64,000 nt of DNA from Vulcanimicrobiota bacterium. GTDB lineage: Bacteria; Vulcanimicrobiota; Vulcanimicrobiia; Vulcanimicrobiales; Vulcanimicrobiaceae. Each line of letters starts with the position of its first letter. Position 1 is the first letter of the stretch. The position numbers and the translations under genes were made by a program. Below, piece after piece: positions 1-8,186 of this stretch. The notes beneath the pieces were generated by a model. It did not search any database. It worked only from the letters and a program-made list of their open reading frames with translations, and was not told the DNA's origin. The stretch lies in the NCBI GenBank assembly GCA_963795855.1, contig CAWCIZ010000003.1, forward strand, positions 608,001-672,000, read 5' to 3'.

Positions 1-1247
1 CCGACATGGAGGCGCTTTTCGACGGCATCGACATGGGCGACATCACCACGTCCATGACGATCAACGGACCGGCCTGCATCGCGCTCGCGCAATATGTCGC
101 CGCAGCGGAAAAGAAAGGCATTCCGCGCGCCAAGCTGGGCGGCACGATACAAGCCGACATTCTGAAAGAATACATCGCGCAGAAAGAATGGATCTTTCCG
201 CCGCGCCCGCATATGCGCGTCATCGTCGACATGATGCGGTTCTGCCGCGACGAGATGCCGAAGTGGAACACGATCTCCATCAGCGGCTACCACATTCGCG
301 AGGCGGGTTCGACGGCGGTGCAAGAGCTCGCCTTCACGCTGGCCGACGGTTTCGCGTACGTCGAAGCCGGCATGAAAGCCGGCATGGACGTGGACTCATT
401 TGCTCCGCGTCTGTCGTTCTTCTTCAACGCGCACATCGACTTTTTCGAAGAAATTTGCAAATATCGCGCCGCCCGCCGCATTTGGGCGCGACACATGCGT
501 GAAAAGTACGGTGCGAAGGATCCGCGCTCGTGGCAGCTGCGCTTCCATACGCAGACCGCCGGATGCAGCGCGACTGCGCAGCAGCCGGAGAACAACATCG
601 TTCGCGTTGCGTACGAAGCGATGGCGGCGGTTCTGGGCGGCACGCAGTCGCTGCACACGAACTCCATGGATGAAGTGCTCGCGCTGCCGACCGAAAAATC
701 GGTCGAAATCGCGTTGCGTACGCAGCAGGTGCTCGCGTACGAAACGAACGTCACCAACGTCGTCGATCCGCTCGGCGGCTCGTATTACGTTGAGTCGCTT
801 ACCGACGAGATGGAAAAGCAGGCCGAAGAGTATTTTCGGCAGATCGACGAGTACGGCGGCGTCATCGAAGCGATCGAGGCGGGATTCTTTCAACGTGAAA
901 TCGCCGATGCGAGCTATCGGTACCAGCGGTCGCTCGAAACGAAAGAACGCGTCGTCGTCGGCGTCAACGCATTCGAAAAAGAAGAGGATCGCGGCGACCT
1001 GGAGCTGCTCAAGATTACGGAAGAGATCGAACGCGGCCAGGCGCAAGCAGTCAACGCCGTTCGAACCGGCCGCGACCGGCAAAGCCTGCAGCGCGCGCTC
1101 GAACGTCTCAAGCAAGCCTGCAGCGATCCGGGCGACAACCTCATGCCCCACTTGATCGATTGCGTGAACGCGTATGCGACCGAAGGCGAGATCGTCGAAG
1201 CGATGGTTGAAGTCTACGGGCGCTACACGGAGCGCGCGGCATTTTGA
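1..1247 (+). CDS. B12-dependent acyl-CoA mutase (methylmalonyl-CoA mutase family), large subunit, 5'-truncated by the window edge
   Basis: Motifs [57 protein letters not shown]. No B12-binding domain. The specificity residue lies upstream of the window. Confidence 0.93.
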   Translation, partial: DMEALFDGIDMGDITTSMTINGPACIALAQYVAAAEKKGIPRAKLGGTIQADILKEYIAQKEWIFPPRPHMRVIVDMMRFCRDEMPKWNTISISGYHIREAGSTAVQELAFTLADGFAYVEAGMKAGMDVDSFAPRLSFFFNAHIDFFEEICKYRAARRIWARHMREKYGAKDPRSWQLRFHTQTAGCSATAQQPENNIVRVAYEAMAAVLGGTQSLHTNSMDEVLALPTEKSVEIALRTQQVLAYETNVTNVVDPLGGSYYVESLTDEMEKQAEEYFRQIDEYGGVIEAIEAGFFQREIADASYRYQRSLETKERVVVGVNAFEKEEDRGDLELLKITEEIERGQAQAVNAVRTGRDRQSLQRALERLKQACSDPGDNLMPHLIDCVNAYATEGEIVEAMVEVYGRYTERAAF

Positions 1248-1405
1248 TGATTATGCGTACACAAACAGCGCAAGAGCGGCAAGCCGCCGCCGACACACTC
1301 AAGGAAGTCATGACCAAACTCGAGGAGGCGCTTCGCCTTTCACGCACGCTCGAGGAGGAAGACCGCCGGCGTAGGGAACGCTGTGGAGCGGCCGGGCGTG
1401 GCTAG
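1247..1405 (+). CDS. Small 52-aa charged helical hypothetical protein
   Basis: Not in the ORF track. The ATG overlaps the mutase stop (TGATG), it reads [43 protein letters not shown]..., and its TAG overlaps the start of the next gene. Confidence 0.4.
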   Translation: MIMRTQTAQERQAAADTLKEVMTKLEEALRLSRTLEEEDRRRRERCGAAGRG

Positions 1406-1811
1406 ACCGCTGCGCATCGTCATCGCGAAAGCCGGCCTGGATGGACACGATCGCGGCGCGAAAGTGATCGCGCGCGCGTTGCGTGACGCCGGCATGGAAG
1501 TCATCTACACGGGATTGTTCCAAACGCCCGAGCAGATCGTGCAAACCGCGATCCAAGAAGACGCCGACGGCATCGGGCTTTCGATTCTGTCGGGCGCGCA
1601 CATGACGCTGTTCCCGCTCATCGTCGATCAGCTCGGGACGCAAGGTGCGGAAGACATCGTGTTTTTCGGCGGCGGCACGATTCCGCCCGAGGACGCGGAC
1701 GAACTGCGCCGCAAAGGCGTGAAGGCGATTTTTACGCCGGGCGCGCCGCTGAGCGAGATTGTCGATTTCGTGCAGCGCGAGTGCGGGAAGCGTCGCGAGC
1801 TCGTAGGCTGA
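1383..1811 (+). CDS. Cobalamin-binding small subunit of the acyl-CoA mutase
   Basis: GLDGHDRGAKVI (DxHxxG), GLSILSGAH, FGGGTIP. The start may be GTG at 1398. Confidence 0.93.
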   Translation: MERPGVARPLRIVIAKAGLDGHDRGAKVIARALRDAGMEVIYTGLFQTPEQIVQTAIQEDADGIGLSILSGAHMTLFPLIVDQLGTQGAEDIVFFGGGTIPPEDADELRRKGVKAIFTPGAPLSEIVDFVQRECGKRRELVG

Positions 1812-1981
1812 CGGGCGATACCCCTCCATTCCGGACCACGCGCGACTTTTGCCATCCGTGGCAAAAGGTGCCCTGCCTCTTGCGCGCTTATCTACACGTC
1901 CGTGTTTAGGCGCGCAATTCACACGCTCCGGAATGAAGATGTACCGCCCCTCATCCTAGCCAACCCGCTCCTTGGAAGCAG

Positions 1982-3436
1982 ATGATTCAAACGCAAACGG
2001 TTAGAACCAGAGTCGCTCCCTCGCCGACCGGCGACCCGCATGTCGGAACCGCATACGTTGCGCTCGTCAACCTGTGTTTGGCGAAAAAATCCGGCGGTGA
2101 ATTCGTCCTGCGCATTGAGGACACGGATCGCGTCAGAAGCACGCGAGAGAGCGAACAGGCCATCCTCGATTCGCTGCGATGGCTCGGTCTAACGTGGAGC
2201 GGCGATCCGTTCCGGCAAAGCGAGCGCTCGGAGATCTATCGCGAGCACGTCGACCGGCTGCTGGATGAAGGCAACGCCTTCCGCTGCTTCTGCACGCCGG
2301 AGCGTTTGGAGGCGATGCGCGAAGCACAGCGCGCCGCAAAACAGCCGCCGCACTACGACGGGCATTGCTTGACGCTCACCGCCGGGGAGATTGCCGAACA
2401 GCAGCGGCTCGGGGTTCCGTTCGTCGTGCGTATGAAGGTGCCGCAGCAGGGCGTTTGCGTCTTCGACGATCTGCTTCGCGGACGCATCGAGATCGAATGG
2501 AAGAGCGTCGACATGCAGGTGCTCATGAAATCGGACGGCTTTCCCACCTACCATCTCGCCAACGTCGTCGACGATCACCTCATGGGGATCACGTACGTCA
2601 TTCGCGGCGAAGAGTGGATCAGCTCCGCGCCCAAGCATCTCCTGCTGTACAGTTACTTCGGCTGGGATCCGCCGAAGATCTGTCATTTGCCGCTCTTGCG
2701 CAATCCCGATAAAAGCAAACTCAGCAAGCGAAAGAACCCGACCAGTATTCTCTACTTTCGCGAGCGAGGATACCTTGCGCAGGCGCTGCTCAACTTTCTG
2801 GGCGTGCTGATCGATTCGCGCAACGACGACCCCGCGCTGCTTGCCGTTGCGTCGCCGGCGAATCTGGTGGATGCGATGGCGGAGCACTTCGAGTTGGAAC
2901 GTATTGCCCTGGGCGGCCCGGTATTCGACCTGAGCAAATTGAATTGGTTGAACGGCCAGTGGATCCGCAAATACGGCGCGCAGCAGTTCTTGGACGTGTT
3001 GAGCGATTGGGGCTTTACCTGGCCGCAAGCCATTCCGCAGGCGCAGCGGGTCCATATTGCCGCCGTGGCGGCGCCGCGAATCGAAACGCTGGCCGACTTT
3101 CCGCCGCTGATTGAGTTTTTGGTCGACGCTCCCGCCCTCACCCGCCGTGACCTCGCGCTGCCCAAACTTTCGGAGGAAGAAGGTAAACCGGTTTTGACGT
3201 CCGCTATAGATGCGTTGCTCACGCTCGAGGAAACGCAGTGGGACCAAGCATCCATCGGCGAGCGTCTGAAGGCCGCGGCAACGGAGAACGGACGCAAGTT
3301 CAAAGACGTTGCGCGTCTGTTCTACATCGCGATCACGGGAAGTCCGACCTCGCTCCCGCTTTTCGACGGCATGGAAATTCTCGGAAAAATCGAGTCGGTG
3401 CGCAGGCTGCGCGCGGCATTGGAGGCGTTGCACTAA
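1982..3436 (+). CDS. gltX: Glutamate--tRNA ligase
   Basis: RTRVAPSPTGDPHVGT (HIGH-like), LRIEDTD, PTYHLANVVDDH, KLSKR (KMSKS-like). Confidence 0.97.
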   Translation: MIQTQTVRTRVAPSPTGDPHVGTAYVALVNLCLAKKSGGEFVLRIEDTDRVRSTRESEQAILDSLRWLGLTWSGDPFRQSERSEIYREHVDRLLDEGNAFRCFCTPERLEAMREAQRAAKQPPHYDGHCLTLTAGEIAEQQRLGVPFVVRMKVPQQGVCVFDDLLRGRIEIEWKSVDMQVLMKSDGFPTYHLANVVDDHLMGITYVIRGEEWISSAPKHLLLYSYFGWDPPKICHLPLLRNPDKSKLSKRKNPTSILYFRERGYLAQALLNFLGVLIDSRNDDPALLAVASPANLVDAMAEHFELERIALGGPVFDLSKLNWLNGQWIRKYGAQQFLDVLSDWGFTWPQAIPQAQRVHIAAVAAPRIETLADFPPLIEFLVDAPALTRRDLALPKLSEEEGKPVLTSAIDALLTLEETQWDQASIGERLKAAATENGRKFKDVARLFYIAITGSPTSLPLFDGMEILGKIESVRRLRAALEALH

Positions 3437-5173
3437 ATGCGGTTGCGAGCGATCGTTCTGGCGGCGGGCAAAGGCACGCGCATGAAGAGCGCAATGCCGA
3501 AAGTGCTGCACGAATTGTGCGGACGTCCGATGCTGTGGTACGTCGTTCGCGCTTTGCGTTCCGCGGGTGTAGACGAGGTCGTCGTCGTCACGAACGACGA
3601 ATTGCAGCCGCGCATGGAGGAATTCGGCGTGCGCGGCATCGTGCAGGCCGAGCAGCTGGGCACGGGTCATGCGGTGCAGGTCGCGCTTGGCGAGCTGGAA
3701 GAGGAGCGCGACGGCCGGATCGTCATCGCGTACGGCGACATGCCGCTCGTGCACGACGAGATATTTCGCGGCGTCATCGGCTCGCTGCGCGAGCATGCAA
3801 ACGGTACGCCCGCATTGGCGATGGTGACCGTGAAGATGCCGCTGCCATCGAACTTCGGGCGCGTCATCCGGCGCGGCCACGACGTCGAACGCATCGTCGA
3901 AGCGCGCGATGCGACGCCGTCGGAACTCGAGATCGAAGAGATGAATGCCGGGATCTATGCGTACCGGGAGGATGCGCTGCGATCCGCAGTCTCACGCTTA
4001 CGCAACGACAACGCGCAAGGCGAGTATTATTTGACGGACACCATCGCGGATTTCGTGCGCGGCGGCGAACGCGTCGTCCCCGTGATGGCCGGCGATCATC
4101 TTCACGTTCTTGGCATCAACGACCGGGTCGAGCTCGCGGCGGCTCGCAAGGAAATGAACAAACGCTTGTGCGCGCAGTATATGCGCGACGGCGTCACCGT
4201 CATCGATCCGGACGCGACGTATCTGGAGCCCGAATTGACGATCGGTCGCGACACCGTCATCTATCCGAACAGTACCATTGGGCGTCTCTCGCAGACGGGC
4301 GAGCAGTGCGTCGTCGGCCCGAACGCGCGGCTTTCTAATGCGCGTCTCGGCGATCGCGTCACGGTTCGCGAAAGCGTCATCCTGGACAGCAGCGTGGGCG
4401 ACGACGTCACGGTCGGCCCGTTCGCGCATCTGCGTAACGAAACGGTACTTGCCGACGGCGTGAAGATCGGGAACTTCGTCGAGGTCAAGAACTCGCGTCT
4501 CGCCGCCGGAGTCAAGGCGAGCCACCTCTCGTACTTGGGCGATGCGGAAATCGGTGAGGATACGAACGTCGGCGCCGGAACGATCACGTGCAACTTCGAC
4601 GGCGTTCAAAAGAATAAAACGACTATCGGGCGCAACGTTTCAATCGGTTCCAATACGTCCCTCGTCGCGCCCGTTACGCTCGGCGATAATGCGTTGACCG
4701 GCGCTTCCGCCGTCGTGACGAAAGACGTCCCGGCAGGCGGGCGGGTGGCCGGAAATCCCGCCCGTCCGCTGCCGGAAAAACACTACTCCCGATATTGGTC
4801 ACTAGCGGATAGATGTCGAAGCTGCCCAGTCCGGTCACGTAATCGTAACGCGGCAGCGCGCAGAACGCCGGATTGCAGCCGGTCAGCACGTCGTGGAAGC
4901 CGTAGATTTCCTGCGTCGGAGGCGGTCCCGTGCTCGTGCTTTGCGCGCTTGCGTGCAGTTTGTAAATCCGGTAGAAACGCGGCGCGCCGAAACCGAGCGC
5001 GTTCGAGTGATTCGTTTGCGCGATTGCATAAGTGCCCATCGCGAGCGGCGATGCGAGGCTCGTTCCGCCGACTTCATACTCGCTTCCGGCAGACCACAGC
5101 AGTGCGCCGGTTTCGAGCGATGCGTCCATGGCCACGTCCGGAACGCCGCGGAAGTTTCCGCCGTTCGAGCTGA
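3437..5173 (+). CDS. glmU: Bifunctional UDP-GlcNAc pyrophosphorylase / glucosamine-1-P N-acetyltransferase; homology ends near 4780 and the tail is probably an indel artefact
   Basis: LAAGKGTRMKS..PKVLH, QLGTGHAV, hexapeptide repeats, HLSYLGDA, GAGTITCNFDG. One extra C at 4788-4790 would give a stop at 4810-4812. Confidence 0.95.
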   Translation: MRLRAIVLAAGKGTRMKSAMPKVLHELCGRPMLWYVVRALRSAGVDEVVVVTNDELQPRMEEFGVRGIVQAEQLGTGHAVQVALGELEEERDGRIVIAYGDMPLVHDEIFRGVIGSLREHANGTPALAMVTVKMPLPSNFGRVIRRGHDVERIVEARDATPSELEIEEMNAGIYAYREDALRSAVSRLRNDNAQGEYYLTDTIADFVRGGERVVPVMAGDHLHVLGINDRVELAAARKEMNKRLCAQYMRDGVTVIDPDATYLEPELTIGRDTVIYPNSTIGRLSQTGEQCVVGPNARLSNARLGDRVTVRESVILDSSVGDDVTVGPFAHLRNETVLADGVKIGNFVEVKNSRLAAGVKASHLSYLGDAEIGEDTNVGAGTITCNFDGVQKNKTTIGRNVSIGSNTSLVAPVTLGDNALTGASAVVTKDVPAGGRVAGNPARPLPEKHYSRYWSLADRCRSCPVRSRNRNAAARRTPDCSRSARRGSRRFPASEAVPCSCFARLRAVCKSGRNAARRNRARSSDSFARLHKCPSRAAMRGSFRRLHTRFRQTTAVRRFRAMRPWPRPERRGSFRRSS

Positions 5174-6509
5174 CGGGCTGCGCCCACGCTTCCCAATACG
5201 GCGAATATTCGAACTGGCTCACGCCGCCGCCGCCCGATTCCCATCCGGATTCGCCCTGGTACGCGCCGCTGGATTGTGAGATGAGATCCGTTCCGCCGAC
5301 GGCCACGATGTACGGCGACGCCGCCGGATAACTTACGAACGGTGCGCCGGCGGGAACGCCGTTCGGCGTCCCGACGCTGCAGAACGCGCCCGTGTCGCCG
5401 GAGGACGCAAACATGGTCTGCCCGTGCGAGGCGCCTTCGAGCAGCACCTCATCGTCGAGCAGCATCGAGCCGTCGACATACGGAAACGCTTCGCATTCAC
5501 CGAACGACGAATTGCCGAGTTTTGCGACGTCGTCCGTCACCCAATGATTGTATTCCAGCGCGATGTCCGAATCGGTCAACGACGTCGTGTCGTACACGTA
5601 CAGGGTTTTCACGATGTGCGCGATGCCCGTCGAAGACGTCATGTCGAGCGTCCATTCGAGATCGCCGGCCGTGTCGGTGCTTGCCAAGCCCACCGGCTTG
5701 ACGTACACCGTGGCGCGCGGTACGCCGAACTTGGTTTCGTTCACCCGCAGGTCGTTGATTGCGGGCTGCACGTTGCCCTCGGCCATGACGCCGATCGTCG
5801 TCGCACTTCCGGTCAGCGTGCGCGCGTCGTACGCAATGCGGAACGTGGCCGGATCGAACCAGCGCTGACACGGATTCGTGACGCCGCCGGTACAGGGCGT
5901 GACGTGCGGTTTTACGTTGAACGCTTGGAACGTGTTCAATCCCAGCACGGCGATGACGATACCGTTGAGCGACGCCGGCACGTACGCGGGCGTGCGGTTT
6001 GCATAATACGTCTGTCCCGCCTCGCTATACCGGTGCAGCGTGGTATCGAATGCAGTTTGCGCTTGCGCCGCGGTGCCGTTCGCGCTCACGATGAGGTTGT
6101 TCGGCTCGACGGCGATATTGGTGAAGCCCTTGCTTTGCAGATACGCTTTTACGGCGCTTACCTGCGCTGCGGTCGGTGCGTAGTTTGCCATGAACGTTGC
6201 GTCGCTGACGGCTTGAAACGCTGCGACCGCGCTTTTCAAACCGTTGGCATTGCGCAGTGCGAGACCCAGACGCACCGTCAGCGGCGTCGACGGCGAGAGC
6301 GCGCCGAGATCGCTCGCTTTACTCAAGACGAATGAAAGCGTGTGCGTAGCCGCCCAGCCCGTTGGTACGGCCGCGACGCTTTGCGCGGTGTCACCGGAAT
6401 TTCCACCAGGCAGAGCCGCAGAACTTTGCGGCAGAACGCCTGCGCCATGTCCCGCGCATGCCGAAAGCAGCAAGGCGGCAGCCAGCGCCACGAACGAATA
6501 GTTTCTCAT
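4674..6509 (-). CDS. S53 (sedolisin/kumamolisin) family peptidase, lipoprotein with pro-domain
   Basis: Lipobox LSAC, catalytic E/D in GDLEWTLDM, oxyanion SSGD, nucleophile GGTSLASP, Ca-site YDYVTGLGS. The true stop is probably near 4783. Confidence 0.9.
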   Translation of the reverse strand: MRNYSFVALAAALLLSACAGHGAGVLPQSSAALPGGNSGDTAQSVAAVPTGWAATHTLSFVLSKASDLGALSPSTPLTVRLGLALRNANGLKSAVAAFQAVSDATFMANYAPTAAQVSAVKAYLQSKGFTNIAVEPNNLIVSANGTAAQAQTAFDTTLHRYSEAGQTYYANRTPAYVPASLNGIVIAVLGLNTFQAFNVKPHVTPCTGGVTNPCQRWFDPATFRIAYDARTLTGSATTIGVMAEGNVQPAINDLRVNETKFGVPRATVYVKPVGLASTDTAGDLEWTLDMTSSTGIAHIVKTLYVYDTTSLTDSDIALEYNHWVTDDVAKLGNSSFGECEAFPYVDGSMLLDDEVLLEGASHGQTMFASSGDTGAFCSVGTPNGVPAGAPFVSYPAASPYIVAVGGTDLISQSSGAYQGESGWESGGGGVSQFEYSPYWEAWAQPVSSNGGNFRGVPDVAMDASLETGALLWSAGSEYEVGGTSLASPLAMGTYAIAQTNHSNALGFGAPRFYRIYKLHASAQSTSTGPPPTQEIYGFHDVLTGCNPAFCALPRYDYVTGLGSFDIYPLVTNIGSSVFPAADGRDFRPPARLPGRLSSRRRKRRSTHYRRA

Positions 6510-6639
6510 GCCTTTCCTCCACGAAAGTGCGGCATAGTTTACCCTGTTCGTCGATCAGATTACGCAGGGAACCGGCGAAACGACATACCGGAAATCAGGT
6601 AGGGCGCGGCGCCTGGTTCGCCGATACGATGGACGAGCG

Positions 6640-6960
6640 ATGGTCGTATCACTAGCGGGCGAATGGGACATCTATCGGCGGGAGGAGCTGCAAAACCGCC
6701 TCGCGCCTGCTTATTACGAACGCGAAGTCGTTTTCGATCTGACGGCCGCGAAGTACGTGACGAGCACCCTCGTCTGCGAACTCATCGTTGCGCAAAGATT
6801 GCGAGGGGAACGGCAGTTGCCGCCGGCAAGGTTGGCGGTGCGCTCCGCATTCGTACGTCGCCTCCTCGCTGCGACCGGGCTCGATAGCGTTTTTCCGATC
6901 TTCGAAAGCGTCAAGAAAGCGGTGCAAACGTCTTGCGACGTCAAAGCAGAATCGGCGTAA
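6640..6960 (+). CDS. STAS domain protein (anti-sigma-factor antagonist-like)
   Basis: LAGEWD, VVFDLTAAKYVTST, VRRLLAATGLDSVFPIF match the STAS pattern. Confidence 0.75.
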   Translation: MVVSLAGEWDIYRREELQNRLAPAYYEREVVFDLTAAKYVTSTLVCELIVAQRLRGERQLPPARLAVRSAFVRRLLAATGLDSVFPIFESVKKAVQTSCDVKAESA

Positions 6961-6963
6961 GGG

Positions 6964-8151
6964 TTACAACCCGCTCACGCCGTTGGGTGAGCCGAGTCCG
7001 GTTGGGCGGTCGTAGCCCAGCGGCGCGATGTCGTGGAAAGCGCTGCGGTGTGCGTACGAATATGCCGGACCGCGCGGATCGCGCGAGAGCGCGTATGCTG
7101 CGGCAACGATTGGCGCGCCGACGCTGGTGCCGCCTGCTACGACCCAGCCTCCGGCAGTCGAATCGTAGACTGAAACGCCGGTTTGCGGATCGGCGATGGC
7201 TGCGACGTCCACCGTCGAACGCGTGCTCCTGCACACACTCTGCGTTTGCCACGACGGCTTCGATTCATAGAGACTGCAGCCTTGGCCCGTATACGCCCAG
7301 GCGGATTCGCTAAACGCGCCCGACCGCGGGGAAAGCGACGTTCCGCCGACGCTCGTGACGTACGGCGATGCGGCTGGATAGAAACTCGAAGCCTGATCGC
7401 CGGCGCTCACCGTAACGGCGATGCCGGGATGGTTGTAATGCACGTCGTATGCGATCTCGCCGGACCATTCCGGACCGTAGTAGCTGTTGCTGATCGCTAA
7501 AGGGTGAAGCGACGCAGCGCGATCGACGGCGGTCCCTAAGTCGTCGAACGACGGCGAATTGGCTTCGATCAGTCGAATCGAGCAATGCGGACAAATCGCG
7601 GAGACAACGTCCAGGTCGAGGGAGATCTCTTCGCTCCAGCCGATGTTCGCGAACGGATACGCAGCGGCTTGACCGCGTTCGTTGAGCTTGCGAAAGCAGC
7701 CGTTGGACGTCGTGCACGGCGGCAAACCATATGCGGCTCGGTAGATTGCGAGGTCGACTTCCGCCGTCGGATCGTCGTACGCGTCGACGATCGCCACCGC
7801 ACCGCCCATGTTTTGCCAAGGCAGCGCGTACGCGGCGCGCAGATCTTGAGGATGCAAGCCGGGGAGCAGATTCGACGGCGTCGACGCATTTCTCACCGGC
7901 GGAATTCGTATGTTGAGCGCGACCGTGCAGTTTGCGCGATCCTTCTCGAACGTCATGTTGCACGCGAGCGTCGCACCGGGCAGCGCTTCCGGCGTATTTC
8001 CGGGAAGTGCTTCAGGCGTATTGCCGGGAAGCGCTTCAGGCGTATTTTGAAGCTGTCGCGAGTCGGTTTTTGGAAGCAGAGCACTGTGCGGGCCGCCGCA
8101 GGCCGCGACGCTTACGCTTATCGCTAGGGCTACTACTCCGAGAGGCTTCAA
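6964..8151 (-). CDS. S53/S8-type serine peptidase, lipoprotein lacking the classical pro-domain
   Basis: TTG start at 8151 after GAGGAG. Lipobox VAAC, VAIVDAYD, EISLDLD, SAGD, YPAASPYV, GGTSVGAP, YDRPTGLGSP. Confidence 0.85.
   Translation of the reverse strand: MKPLGVVALAISVSVAACGGPHSALLPKTDSRQLQNTPEALPGNTPEALPGNTPEALPGATLACNMTFEKDRANCTVALNIRIPPVRNASTPSNLLPGLHPQDLRAAYALPWQNMGGAVAIVDAYDDPTAEVDLAIYRAAYGLPPCTTSNGCFRKLNERGQAAAYPFANIGWSEEISLDLDVVSAICPHCSIRLIEANSPSFDDLGTAVDRAASLHPLAISNSYYGPEWSGEIAYDVHYNHPGIAVTVSAGDQASSFYPAASPYVTSVGGTSLSPRSGAFSESAWAYTGQGCSLYESKPSWQTQSVCRSTRSTVDVAAIADPQTGVSVYDSTAGGWVVAGGTSVGAPIVAAAYALSRDPRGPAYSYAHRSAFHDIAPLGYDRPTGLGSPNGVSGL
7976..8047 (-). repeat. Three tandem 24-bp repeats encoding (NTPEALPG)x3
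   Basis: ccgggcagcgcttccggcgtattt / ccgggaagtgcttcaggcgtattg / ccgggaagcgcttcaggcgtattt. Confidence 0.95.
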
Positions 8152-8186
8152 CGAAACGGCTCCTCTGCGCGCGCGCGCGCAGCCGG

